Assembly: GCA_963787835.1 (NCBI GenBank)
Contig: CAWBEI010000002.1
Coordinates: 476,369-540,368, forward strand
Origin: Ignavibacteriota bacterium
Lineage (GTDB): Bacteria > Bacteroidota > Ignavibacteria > Palsa-1295
Direction of reading: 5' to 3'
Length of the DNA: 64,000 nt
Positions 49,130-58,067 of this stretch are shown piece by piece. The position numbers and the translations under genes are program-made. The notes beneath the pieces were generated by a model that saw nothing but the letters and a program-made list of their open reading frames with translations, was not told the origin of the DNA and did not search any database. Numbering within the stretch: position 1 is the stretch's first letter; each line of letters begins with the position of its first letter.

Positions 49130-49139
49130 CTTTATTGGC

Positions 49140-49212
49140 AAAGATGAAATATTAAAGATGAAAGATGAATTTCATCCTCGGTTTCATCTTTCATCTTTAA
49201 TATTTCATCTTT
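49140..49212. repeat. Perfect 30-bp AT-rich inverted repeat built from tandem AAGATGA heptamers, immediately 3' of tRNA-Gly
   Basis: AAAGATGAAATATTAAAGATGAAAGATGAA…TTTCATCTTTCATCTTTAATATTTCATCTTT. Confidence 0.7.
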
Positions 49213-49219
49213 AGTACAG

Positions 49220-49474
49220 GTGACGCCACCAAAACTATGCGGCGATTGCGGGACGCAGATGGATGTCAATCCAGAGCTGTTCGCACTGCCAAGTTTGGAT
49301 CCGATTCCGAATCCGAATGGTGGCATCACGCTGAATTTTAATTTTTCACGTGCGCTGCCCATAACGGCGTACGTCTGCCCGAACTGCGGGCGGTTCAAGT
49401 TCATGTCGGCGATCTTATTGAATAATATCGAAGGGATGCCGGCCCCTCAACCACGAGCTTCGGAAGAAGCATAA
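49220..49474 (+). CDS. Small hypothetical zinc-ribbon protein (two CxxC pairs)
   Basis: CGDCG…CPNCG pairs. Weak, since the sequence is short and has no other support. Confidence 0.25.
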   Translation: MTPPKLCGDCGTQMDVNPELFALPSLDPIPNPNGGITLNFNFSRALPITAYVCPNCGRFKFMSAILLNNIEGMPAPQPRASEEA

Positions 49475-49539
49475 CTGCTGTTCAAGAAGTTTTTTGCTGC
49501 AAAGCGTAACAGCTTCTTGAAGAAGCGAAGGATCCTATC

Positions 49540-49689
49540 ATGAGAGACATTATCACACTCGAGTGTACCGTCTGCAAAATGCGGAATTACTCGACCACAA
49601 AGAACAAACGCAAGCAATCGGGCCGCGTAGAATACACGAAATTCTGCCCGAAGGATAACAAGCGGACCCTGCACAAGGAGACGAAGTAA
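49540..49689 (+). CDS. rpmG: 50S ribosomal protein L33
   Basis: 49-aa [52 protein letters not shown]. It is absent from the track (under 60 aa) but has the typical L33 C4 zinc ribbon. Confidence 0.85.
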   Translation: MRDIITLECTVCKMRNYSTTKNKRKQSGRVEYTKFCPKDNKRTLHKETK

Positions 49690-49760
49690 CTCGTAGGCGT
49701 AACCTTTAGGTTACGGTGTGATCGCTTCGCCACCGTGACCTAAAGGTCACGGCTACCCAT

Positions 49761-49834
<74 letters not shown>

Positions 49835-49842
49835 CGAGCTAA

Positions 49843-49925
49843 AAAATTATGAATTATGAAAGAGGAATTATGAAAATAATTCGCCAAACCAATCTCATAA
49901 TTCGTAATTCATAATTCATAATTTC
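49843..49925. promoter_or_regulatory. Inverted arrays of ATTATGA / TCATAAT heptamers between tRNA-Trp and the secE start codon
   Basis: ATTATGA-ATTATGA-…-ATTATGA … TCATAAT-TCGTAAT-TCATAAT-TCATAAT. Ends 8 nt before the secE ATG. Confidence 0.6.
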
Positions 49926-49932
49926 CCCTACG

Positions 49933-50166
49933 ATGGCTGAAACAACAGTAATACAACCGGGCGAAAAGCAAGGGCTTGGAAAAAAGTCCTTCTCGTTCTT
50001 TACAGACGTTGCGCGCGAAATGCGCAAGGTAAGCTGGCCCAAGCGCGCAGAACTTCAGGATGCGACCGTTATCACGCTGGTACTCTGTGTGGTGCTCGCA
50101 CTTTTTACGTTCGGGGTCGATAAGATCTTTGAAACGATCATTCGCGGAATTTTCAGGTTATTCTAA
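49933..50166 (+). CDS. secE: Preprotein translocase subunit SecE
   Basis: Small protein with a single C-terminal TM (…ATVITLVLCVVLALFTF…), upstream of nusG. Confidence 0.9.
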   Translation: MAETTVIQPGEKQGLGKKSFSFFTDVAREMRKVSWPKRAELQDATVITLVLCVVLALFTFGVDKIFETIIRGIFRLF

Positions 50167-50720
50167 TGACAGCAGAACCACAAGCGATCGCTTTAAAATG
50201 GTATGCACTCCGAACCTTCACTGGCTCGGAGGCGAAAGTCAAGGCCTATATTGAGGACGAGATGAAGCGTCGCGACCTCACCGAGCGCGTGCCAGAAGTT
50301 GTGATCCCGAATGAGAAGGTCTATGAAGTTCGCGACGGAAAAAAGAAGGTAAAAACCAAGAGCTTCCTTCCCGGCTATATTCTCATCGAAGCTGCGCTCG
50401 ATAAAAAACTGATCGATCTTATTCTCTCCATTCCCGGCGTCGTCAGCTTCGTCGGCCCGACGAAAACACAGCCCACCGCGCTCCAGCCCGACGAAATGCG
50501 CCGCATTCTCGGCAAGGTAGAAGAAAAACGCGGACTGGAGTCACCGGAAGTACGTTACCACATGGGCCAGCCCGTGAAGGTAATCGATGGACCGTTCTCC
50601 GGCTTCGGCGCTCAGATCAAAGAGATCAACGAAGACAAGCAGAAGCTGAAAGTTGAAGTCTCCATCTTCGGACGCAAAACACCCGTCGAGCTGGACTACA
50701 CGCAAGTCGAACCGGAGTAA
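50166..50720 (+). CDS. nusG: Transcription termination/antitermination factor NusG
   Basis: NGN domain (…WYALRTFTGSEAKVKAYIE…) and a KOW motif (…KVIDGPFSGFGAQIKEI…). Confidence 0.95.
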   Translation: MTAEPQAIALKWYALRTFTGSEAKVKAYIEDEMKRRDLTERVPEVVIPNEKVYEVRDGKKKVKTKSFLPGYILIEAALDKKLIDLILSIPGVVSFVGPTKTQPTALQPDEMRRILGKVEEKRGLESPEVRYHMGQPVKVIDGPFSGFGAQIKEINEDKQKLKVEVSIFGRKTPVELDYTQVEPE

Positions 50721-50725
50721 ATCAG

Positions 50726-52060
50726 GTGCGACGCGCGCTTTTTGTCCTCCTGATCGCGCTCGTTCCATGCACTATATTTGCGCAAGGCTACCGCGGCCGC
50801 GATTTCTGGATCTGCTTTCCGCAAAATGCGGTCATCGAACAGAATCACACGCTTCATCTCTCCATCTATATTACTGCTGAGTCGCGCGCGATCGGCTCGA
50901 TCACAAATTTATTAGACAGCACCACTCAAAATTTCTCGGTTGAATCTGGCGCATCCATTGAACGGGACATCGATACCGAGATCGAGATCGGTTCATCGGA
51001 ACGATCGCAGCGTAATTCCGTCCACATTGTAAGCGATCAGGACATTTCGGTCTATGTCGTCGATCACCGCCCCGCATCTACCGACAGCTACATGGCGATA
51101 CCAACAGAATATTTAGGAAAGGAATATGTGGTCGCTGGATATACCACCCTACGCTATGGTGGTATCAGATTTGGATTTACTTCCCAAGCCACGTTCGTTG
51201 CGACCGAGGATAACACCTGGATCGCGGTTCATCTTGCAGGAACTACTACCGGAGGACTCCCTAAAGGACGAACCCTTATGTTCGGATTGAATCGTGGCGA
51301 GACGTATCAAATTCAAGGCGGATACGAGAGTGGGGATCTCACGGGTTCCACCATTTCCTCGACGAAGCCCATTGCGTTCTTCACCGGTCACAGATGTGCA
51401 CAGGTGCCAAGCGAAGTCGAGTTCTGCGATATGTTGCTGGAATCGGAACCACCCGCAAATGACTGGGGAAAAGCATTTGTGCTTACAAAATTCGAGGGTA
51501 AAGACTATTCGGTGGCGCGAGTAATCGCAAATGCCGATTCCACTCAGGTCTCGATAAACGGAGCCAATGCCAAAACGATCAACCGTGGCGAATTCTATGA
51601 AGTGGACACGTTGTATCACGATGCGATCATTACCACGAGCAGACCAGCACTCGTTGCGCAATATTGCACAAGCTCGGACGCCGATACGATCAAAATTGGA
51701 GATCCGTTCATGCTCATCGCAATCCCAAGCGATCGGTTCACCAAAGAAACGACAACCACATCCGTCGTCGATACTCGATTCGAGCATTTTCTGAATATCG
51801 TTGTGCCTGATTCCGGCGTTACTTCTCTCAAGATCGACGGAATGATGGCAGCACTTGGATCATTACCACCGGGAGTTTCCCTTTCTTCGAAACGAATACT
51901 TGCCGCTGCCAGAGCGACCGTGTTTGCATTTCGCGTCCCATCCGGCCGGCATATGGTAGAGTGCAATGCTCCAGTAGCTGTTTATTCTTACGGCTTTGGA
52001 GTAGCCGATCAAAATTACGACTCCTACGGCCACTCCTGCGGAATGCGGCTGGACAAATAA
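50726..52060 (+). CDS. Secreted hypothetical protein with an IgGFc-binding-protein-N-terminal-like (beta-helical) signature; no T9SS sorting domain
   Basis: Signal peptide, then …GYRGRDFWICFPQNAV…, resembling the G-x-E/D-F-W-x-x-F-x-x-N start of that domain family. Inserted between nusG and fusA. Confidence 0.45.
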   Translation: MRRALFVLLIALVPCTIFAQGYRGRDFWICFPQNAVIEQNHTLHLSIYITAESRAIGSITNLLDSTTQNFSVESGASIERDIDTEIEIGSSERSQRNSVHIVSDQDISVYVVDHRPASTDSYMAIPTEYLGKEYVVAGYTTLRYGGIRFGFTSQATFVATEDNTWIAVHLAGTTTGGLPKGRTLMFGLNRGETYQIQGGYESGDLTGSTISSTKPIAFFTGHRCAQVPSEVEFCDMLLESEPPANDWGKAFVLTKFEGKDYSVARVIANADSTQVSINGANAKTINRGEFYEVDTLYHDAIITTSRPALVAQYCTSSDADTIKIGDPFMLIAIPSDRFTKETTTTSVVDTRFEHFLNIVVPDSGVTSLKIDGMMAALGSLPPGVSLSSKRILAAARATVFAFRVPSGRHMVECNAPVAVYSYGFGVADQNYDSYGHSCGMRLDK

Positions 52061-52156
52061 TTATCGTAAACTTGCCATTAGGTGCGATAATAGCCATATA
52101 ATGCCCTTTTTTGAACTAACGGAAGCCCCTTCGGGTTACAGGCGCGCCTTCCAGAA

Positions 52157-52236
52157 AATGATGAATGATGAATTATGAATGATGAAGTGGGAAGGAAGTT
52201 AAAGAAATCAACATAATTCATCATTCATAATTCATA
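52157..52236. promoter_or_regulatory. Inverted arrays of ATGATGA/ATTATGA and TCATCAT/TCATAAT heptamers ending 1 nt before the fusA start codon
   Basis: ATGATGA-ATGATGA-ATTATGA-ATGATGA … ATAATTC-ATCATTC-ATAATTC-ATAATTG. Confidence 0.6.
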
Positions 52237-52237
52237 A

Positions 52238-54343
52238 TTGTCAGCAATGTCACGCAAACAACCTTTAGAGCGCACGCGAAATATCGGGATCATGGCGCAT
52301 ATCGACGCCGGTAAGACCACGACCACCGAGCGCATCCTCTTTTATACCGGCCGGGTTCACCGCATGGGCGAAGTCCACGAGGGCGGCGCAACTATGGACT
52401 GGATGGAACAGGAGAAAGAGCGTGGCATCACGATCACGTCTGCCGCCACAACCTGCACCTGGCGCGATACCGCGATCAACATCATTGACACCCCAGGCCA
52501 CGTTGATTTTACCGTAGAAGTCGAGCGTTCGCTGCGCGTACTCGATGGTGCGGTTGCGCTGTTTTGCGCGGTTGGCGGAGTAGAGCCGCAATCGGAGACG
52601 GTGTGGCGTCAGGCCAACAAGTATGGTGTGCCCCGTATTGCGTTCGTCAACAAGATGGATCGCGTCGGCGCAGACTTTTTTAACGTCATCACGATGATCA
52701 AGGAGCGGCTCGGAGCAAATCCGGTTCCGATCAATCTCCCGATCGGTGAAGGCGAAATGTTCGCCGGCGTCATCGACCTGGTCGAGAACAAGGCGCGCAT
52801 GTATAATGAAAGCTCCCTTGGCACAACGTGGGATGAAATTGAAATTCCCGAAAAGCTGAAAGAACACGCCAAAGAATGGCGTACACGCCTCTTTGAATCT
52901 GTTGCAGAAATTGATGACACGCTGCTTCTGAAATATCTCGAAGGCGAAGAGATCACGCGTGAAGAAGTGATGCGCGTGCTTCGTTTGGCTGTTATCGATT
53001 CGAAGATCATTCCCGTACTTTGCGGGTCGGCGTTCAAGAACAAGGGCGTGCAGGATCTGCTGGATGCCGTCGTGGATTACCTCCCAAGCCCCGTCGATGT
53101 CGGCGCGATCGAAGGGCATCATCTGAATTTGACCGATCACATCAAGCGCGAGCCGGACGATAAAGAAAAATTCGCCTCGATCGCGTTCAAGATCATGACC
53201 GACCCGTTCGTCGGGAAGCTCACGTTCTTCCGCGTGTATTCCGGTACCTTGAAATCAGGTTCCTATGTATTGAATTCCGTGAGCGGACGCAAGGAGCGCA
53301 TCGGGCGCATCCTGCGCATGCACGCGAACCATCGTGAGGATATTGAAGAAGCTTACACAGGCGATATTTGCGCCGCTGTCGGACTCAAGCAAACACGCAC
53401 CGGCGATACGCTCTGCGATGAGGATGATCCCATCGTGTTGGAACGAATGATCTTCCCGGAACCCGTTATTTCGCTCGCCGTCGAGCCAAAAACCAAAGCA
53501 GATTCCGAAAAAATGTCGGAAGCATTACAAAAGCTTGCCGATGAAGATCCTACGTTCAAAGTGAAAACGGATGAAGAGACCGGGCAGACCATTCTTTCCG
53601 GTATGGGCGAGCTGCATCTGGAAATTCTGGTCGATCGCATGAAGCGCGAATTCCGCGTGGAGGCCAACGTCGGTAAGCCGCAGGTCGCGTACAAAGAAAC
53701 GATCCGCAAGAAAGTTACACAGGAAGGCCGCTTCATTCGCCAGTCTGGCGGACGCGGTCAGTTTGGTCACGTCTGGATCGATGTCGAGCCGAACGAGCCA
53801 GGAAAGGGTTACGAGTTCGAGAATGCCATCGTCGGAGGAACGATCCCGAAGGAATATATTTCCCCGGTCAGCGCGGGCATTGTCGAAGCGATGAAGAATG
53901 GCGTGCTCGCCGGGTATCCCGTCGAGGACATCAAGGTTCGTTTGTTCGATGGCTCGTTCCACGAAGTCGATTCGAGCGAAATGGCGTTTAAGATCGCAGG
54001 CTCCATGGCCTTTAAGGAAGCCGCGCGTAAAGCGAATCCCGTTATTCTGGAACCCGTGATGGATGTCGAAGTCGTGACGCCGGAAGATTACATGGGCGAC
54101 GTGATCGGCGATCTCACCAAACGCCGTGGCAAGATCGAAAGCATGACTGCGCGCTCGGATGCACAGGTCGTAAAAGCCTCTGTGCCGCTCTCGGAAATGT
54201 TCGGGTATGCGACGGTGATGCGCTCGATGTCGCAGGGCCGCGCGATCTACTCCATGCAGTTCTCGCGGTACGAAGAAGCGCCGCGCGCCGTGCAGGAACA
54301 GATCATCGAAGCCCAAAAGGGCAAGAGCGGGTCGGGATCGTAA
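52238..54343 (+). CDS. fusA: Translation elongation factor G
   Basis: G1-G5 motifs (…[19 protein letters not shown]…, …DTPGHVDF…, …NKMD…) and full EF-G domains II-V. Confidence 0.95.
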   Translation: MSAMSRKQPLERTRNIGIMAHIDAGKTTTTERILFYTGRVHRMGEVHEGGATMDWMEQEKERGITITSAATTCTWRDTAINIIDTPGHVDFTVEVERSLRVLDGAVALFCAVGGVEPQSETVWRQANKYGVPRIAFVNKMDRVGADFFNVITMIKERLGANPVPINLPIGEGEMFAGVIDLVENKARMYNESSLGTTWDEIEIPEKLKEHAKEWRTRLFESVAEIDDTLLLKYLEGEEITREEVMRVLRLAVIDSKIIPVLCGSAFKNKGVQDLLDAVVDYLPSPVDVGAIEGHHLNLTDHIKREPDDKEKFASIAFKIMTDPFVGKLTFFRVYSGTLKSGSYVLNSVSGRKERIGRILRMHANHREDIEEAYTGDICAAVGLKQTRTGDTLCDEDDPIVLERMIFPEPVISLAVEPKTKADSEKMSEALQKLADEDPTFKVKTDEETGQTILSGMGELHLEILVDRMKREFRVEANVGKPQVAYKETIRKKVTQEGRFIRQSGGRGQFGHVWIDVEPNEPGKGYEFENAIVGGTIPKEYISPVSAGIVEAMKNGVLAGYPVEDIKVRLFDGSFHEVDSSEMAFKIAGSMAFKEAARKANPVILEPVMDVEVVTPEDYMGDVIGDLTKRRGKIESMTARSDAQVVKASVPLSEMFGYATVMRSMSQGRAIYSMQFSRYEEAPRAVQEQIIEAQKGKSGSGS

Positions 54344-54722
54344 TCACGAATTTCAATCCCGAAAGGACGGCATATTTGCAGCCCCGGACGTGAGTCCGGG
54401 GTTTTGCGTTTTGTATAAACGCGTAGGTCGGTGCTTCCATCGTGGGCGATGGAGCCAGCCCGACAATCCCCGAGAACGAAAGAAAAAGTGCCGTAGGGAC
54501 GTGCTGCGCACGTCCTTTGTGCCGGAGCGCTAATTCCAGATTTTGGATGATCTCAAATTCGTTTGACATTCACCGGGGCGGACGTGCGCAGCACGTCCCT
54601 ACGGATCCAGCTCCGATATGAGCGGCATATTGGTAGCCCCGTGCGTAAGCGCGGGGTGCGCGGGATCTTTTTAAGAGCCAGAGTCCCGGAGCGACGACAC
54701 AAAAAAGTGCCGGAGGCACGAA

Positions 54723-54926
54723 GTACCCGCAGCCCAGGGTGGAGCGAAGCGGAACCCTGGGTAACGAATAAAATTAGAGTTTATTAGCCCTGAAAGGGCG
54801 ATGTTTGCCGCCGGGATTTTACAACGCCCTTTCAGGGCTTGGGAACATAAAACGCAACGCTAACCCAGGGTTCCGCTCGCAAGCTCGCTTCACCCTGGGC
54901 TGCGAGTACTCCGTCGCTCCGCGACT
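54723..54926. mobile_element. MITE derivative of the IS200/IS605-like element (left-end hairpin, inner palindrome, right-end hairpin; no tnpA)
   Basis: Left GTACCCGCAG-CCCAGGG…CCCTGGG (54723-54766). Inner AGCCCTGAAAGGGCG…CGCCCTTTCAGGGCT (54786-54839). Right …CACCCTGGG-CTGCGAGTAC-TCCGTCGCTCCGCGACT (54862-54926). It ends 7 nt from the stop of the 298-aa gene. Confidence 0.55.
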
Positions 54927-54932
54927 AATTGC

Positions 54933-55829
54933 TCATTCAATTATTGGAACTATCTGAATTTTGTTGGACAGTTCGGTACGACCGAAACTTTTCAGGAAGG
55001 ATTGCAGGGCGTTGAAGCCGGATTGGTCAGGTACGACGATTTCCAAAACATCCTCATCGTTGAACGTTAAGTTGAATTCGGGCTTTAACCATTTATCGTC
55101 AGAACCAGCGTCAATAGTTTCGTCGCCCTTAAAACCATGAGGAGACAGTGCGCGCCATTCCCTCTCATCATAATTGCGAATGCGCTCTCCGGTTGGGAGA
55201 TTTTCTTCGTAGCAGCGCATATAGGAGTCGCGATCCTCAAGTTCATTGTGGAGCCTGCGTATAGCCCACATTAGAGCACTGAAGGTTTGCCGCATTGCTT
55301 CATCTTCTGGCAGGTTGCCATCTGCAATCGCAACTAATTCCCGCATGTATTTTTCGAGTTTGCCGTGTTCGGTTCGAAGAGCCGTTGGGTCCATTGGCGT
55401 TCCATCTCCATATTGCTCAGAGAGTTCACGGAGTCTTGATGCCTGCAACATTTGCAAATAACTTCTGTCCGAACTATATGGCTCCGGCAACACGTCCGGC
55501 AAATGATTTAAGTTCTTGAATGCTAAGTACGAGCCTCCGACACCTACGGAGTCAGTATGCACATAACGGACGGGCGAAATCCGATTTTTTATTCCCCATT
55601 CCTTTGTCAAACCAATGGCCACCGGACGCGCTTTGCGAAGGTGTGGAGCGTCAGATGAAGGCAGGTCGCAAAAACAAACAACATAATTGGTCTGCGTGTA
55701 AGGAAACTTGGGGTATGGAACCGTTTCGACCTGTTTAGAATAGCGGAACCCGCCACAGGCCAGAATCGATTTGCATGCCTCTAATGATGTATAATGGAAA
55801 AGCGTGTCAGTACTGATCTTATTGGGCAT
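54933..55829 (-). CDS. Hypothetical protein with an AbiGi/DUF2971-like N-terminal motif; candidate abortive-infection / defense component
   Basis: N-terminal …TLFHYTSLEACKSILACGGF… matches the FHYT…IL signature of those families. The rest is unassigned. Confidence 0.4.
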   Translation of the reverse strand: MPNKISTDTLFHYTSLEACKSILACGGFRYSKQVETVPYPKFPYTQTNYVVCFCDLPSSDAPHLRKARPVAIGLTKEWGIKNRISPVRYVHTDSVGVGGSYLAFKNLNHLPDVLPEPYSSDRSYLQMLQASRLRELSEQYGDGTPMDPTALRTEHGKLEKYMRELVAIADGNLPEDEAMRQTFSALMWAIRRLHNELEDRDSYMRCYEENLPTGERIRNYDEREWRALSPHGFKGDETIDAGSDDKWLKPEFNLTFNDEDVLEIVVPDQSGFNALQSFLKSFGRTELSNKIQIVPIIE

Positions 55830-55854
55830 ATCCCCTCCAAAATTTTACATTATT

Positions 55855-56391
55855 TTACGCCTTCAAAAACCCCAGCTCATACACCATTGGCTGTAACTTT
55901 TCCGTCAATGCTTTGTAGGCCGATTCGAAGGGTTTGAAGCTGACGGGCGGGAAATCGCCGCTTTCGTTACGAGCTTGCAACGCCTTGCGGATTTGATACC
56001 ACCCCACATCCGCGCGGTTTAGTTTTAGTTCTTCGCGGACGGTGTGAACGTCAGTATCGGCAAAATATGCTTTCCACAATGCTTTTCCGGCTTCGAGCAC
56101 TGCGCTGGCTTCTTTCGAGAATTTCTTACCGCGCATATATTGCACCATAAAATCGCTCTCGAACCTGTCGGGCGCGCCGACCTCTTTTTCAGTGAAGGGA
56201 ATGAAATGGTTCACGATGCTCCACTTCTTTCCGTTCCATTCTAAATCGTTGGCGCTGGCGGTGAGGTTGCTGCCTAAGAATTTAGTCCCGAAGGGATGGT
56301 GTACTCGCAGCCCAGGGTGTAGCGTAGCGGAACCCTGGGTTCGAGGTAGGTATAAATTTCTAAGCCCCGAAGGGGCGATGTACCTAATCAT
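55855..56391 (-). CDS. Hypothetical protein. Its 5' end is overlapped by the IS200-like left end, so the true start is uncertain
   Basis: ORF encoding …GKKWSIVNHFIPFTEKEVGAPDRFESDFMVQYMRGKKF… with no recognisable family. The first ~30 codons coincide with 56301-56377 of the element. Confidence 0.3.
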   Translation of the reverse strand: MIRYIAPSGLRNLYLPRTQGSATLHPGLRVHHPFGTKFLGSNLTASANDLEWNGKKWSIVNHFIPFTEKEVGAPDRFESDFMVQYMRGKKFSKEASAVLEAGKALWKAYFADTDVHTVREELKLNRADVGWYQIRKALQARNESGDFPPVSFKPFESAYKALTEKLQPMVYELGFLKA

Positions 56392-56803
56392 CGTCCTTCA
56401 AAAAATATTTTGGATCGTATTCAATCCCTGCCGCTTTCAACATATCCTCAAACTCTTCTTGGAACGTCTTATGACGATGATGTTCCTCTTGATTTTCGAT
56501 GTATTGCGCGACATTCTTGAGATGACTTGCGCTTACGCTGAATACACCATAACCGCCTTGCCAGCTAAAATCTTTTCCTAATTTTGATTTCAACCAAGCC
56601 GATGATTTCGATTTTATCTCACGAACGACGGTTGCGACCGACGATTCACGACCGAGATCGATCAGGAGGTGCACATGATCAGGCATTCCGCCTTCCATAA
56701 TCAATCGCGCCTTGCATTCGTGCAAGATCGGAGGTTAACCCAACATTCCGTCCGCCGCGGCGGACTCCATGTTGGGCTGCGAGTACTCCGTCGCTCCGCG
56801 ACT
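56301..56803 (-). mobile_element. tnpA: IS200/IS605-like insertion element: left-end hairpin, N-terminally truncated Y1 (HuH) transposase TnpA (56384..56725), right-end hairpin
   Basis: The 113-aa ORF carries the HuH motif (…PDHVHLLI…), the catalytic Tyr block (…GGYGVFSVS…) and the family C-terminal motif …YIENQEE. It starts at TTG directly after an in-frame TAA at the right-end boundary, so it lacks the N-terminal ~40 aa. Left end: GTACTCGCAG-CCCAGGG…CCCTGGG. Right end: CCCAACAT…ATGTTGGG-CTGCGAGTAC. Confidence 0.7.
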
Positions 56804-56830
56804 ATTGAATCTCAGTGGCGAAGCCACGAT

Positions 56831-57009
56831 GTACTCGCAGCCCAGGGCGCGCGAAGCAAGCCCTGGGTCATGAATTTTAACAAAATCAAGCCCTGTAAGG
56901 GCGGTGTACTTCGCCCTTTCAGGGCTTGATAAAAATAAGAATGGTTCCGTTAACCCAACATTCCGCTTCGCTCCATGTTGGGCTGCGAGTACTCCGTCGC
57001 TCCGCGACT
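56831..57009. mobile_element. Second MITE derivative (left end, inner palindrome AGCCCTGTAAGGGCG/CGCCCTTTCAGGGCT, right end); its last bases supply the stop codon of the HNH ORF
   Basis: Same terminal and subterminal hairpins as the element at 54723-54926. Confidence 0.55.
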
Positions 57010-57322
57010 AAGATTCGCCAACAAGTGCATCCATGATTGGAATATTTCTCCGGCGGGAATTATCGTGCAAGCAACATGTCACGAGATTATCGTATGAATT
57101 ATCCCCGCCTTTTGTGACAGGCTGAATGTGATCGAGCGTCGCGCTGAATCGTGTTAGCTGCTTACCGCATTTGTAACACTTGTAGCCGTCCCGTTCGAAA
57201 ATCTTGAGACGATTTTCAGCGACATTGTAAAAGAGTGCCGAATTCCACGACCGAGTGACGAAACAAATACCAATAGAATGCGGCCTCGTATGGTAACAAT
57301 CGGGGCTGAAGAAAATCCACAA
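57008..57322 (-). CDS. HNH endonuclease
   Basis: …GYKCYKCGKQLT…LDHIQPVTKGGDNSYDNLVTCCLHDNSRRRN… gives the full HNH / zinc-finger motif. The start is probably downstream of the annotated Met. Confidence 0.7.
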   Translation of the reverse strand: MWIFFSPDCYHTRPHSIGICFVTRSWNSALFYNVAENRLKIFERDGYKCYKCGKQLTRFSATLDHIQPVTKGGDNSYDNLVTCCLHDNSRRRNIPIMDALVGES

Positions 57323-57449
57323 TCTGACAGACGATACCTGGATGTTCGAGAGCGTCGAAGTTTCTCTCGAACGAATCCGGAGCGGCAGCCTTTGAATCCG
57401 TTTCGATCTCGTTAAGCAGTTCTCGAATTTTTTCGATTTGTTCTTTCAT
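57216..57449 (-). CDS. Small hypothetical ORF; overlaps the HNH ORF in another frame
   Basis: 77 aa. Its stop overlaps the HNH ORF by 107 nt, so the pair may be one frameshifted gene. Confidence 0.25.
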   Translation of the reverse strand: MKEQIEKIRELLNEIETDSKAAAPDSFERNFDALEHPGIVCQIVDFLQPRLLPYEAAFYWYLFRHSVVEFGTLLQCR

Positions 57450-57700
57450 ATTTTTACAAAATTACGAATAAACTCATCTTCCTGCGTTTCGATCTTGAAG
57501 GAAACGAGGTGCGTACCGATATACTGCGAGACGGTGTCCAGCGCTTCCTGCGTAACGTCGCTCGCCCGCTTGCCCCACTTGATCGTCTTTTTTTCGAGGA
57601 ACGGAATAACGTCCGCGCTCTTCATTATAGCCGCTTTCTGCGTATCGACCACCGCAAGAAATGGCGGAACATACTCGCCCTTGTTCAATGCCTGCTGCAC
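57446..57700 (-). CDS. Small hypothetical ORF (GTG start) in 4-nt overlap with the next ORF
   Basis: 84 aa, with ATGA-type coupling to 57216..57449. Confidence 0.25.
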   Translation of the reverse strand: MQQALNKGEYVPPFLAVVDTQKAAIMKSADVIPFLEKKTIKWGKRASDVTQEALDTVSQYIGTHLVSFKIETQEDEFIRNFVKI

Positions 57701-57897
57701 ATAATGCAGACCGCCGCGGCGGACGTGAACATCGCATAACTGGAAAGCTTGGAGTTATCCTTCGCCTCGAACCAAATTTCTTTGGTTTGAATATCGATCA
57801 GGTTTTTCGAATACCCCTTCAACCCCAGCGCCTTGATGTAAATATCCTTCACATCCTCCTCGCTTTTGCACTGTTTCAGTTTTTCAAAGAGGGTCAT
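57685..57897 (-). CDS. Small hypothetical ORF; first of four consecutive overlapping minus-strand ORFs
   Basis: 70 aa. Its 3' end overlaps the next ORF at a CCGCCGCGGCGG palindrome. Confidence 0.25.
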   Translation of the reverse strand: MTLFEKLKQCKSEEDVKDIYIKALGLKGYSKNLIDIQTKEIWFEAKDNSKLSSYAMFTSAAAVCIMCSRH

Positions 57898-58047
57898 GCG
57901 TGTGAAGGGTTATGGATTGGGTTATGAATTCGGGATTGATGCTTTGCGGGCGCGGGAAAGAACATAGTGGGCACCTATTTCGTGTTCCATCCATCCCACG
58001 ATTTGTGCCGTCCCTCCGGGACTTTTAACTCTAAAAAAATCGCTAAC

Positions 58048-58067
58048 CCCGGACTCACGTCCGGGGC
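58048..58067. repeat. GC-rich hairpin CCCCGGACTCACGTCCGGGG. It is the exact reverse complement of 54383-54402, and together the two bracket the island
   Basis: Flanking bases also match (…catatt[t/c]g[c/t]agccccggacgtgagtccggggtt…), giving ~35-bp imperfect inverted repeats. Confidence 0.6.

Noticed and set aside
52265-54316. Long minus-strand ORFs (291, 263, 144 aa) overlapping fusA
   Set aside because: Antisense to EF-G, which is unambiguous.
54361-57010. Possible CRISPR array, given many short GC-rich palindromic repeats
   Set aside because: The repeats are not regularly spaced and their spacers are not unique. They resolve into left-end and right-end hairpins of an IS200/IS605-like element and its MITE derivatives.
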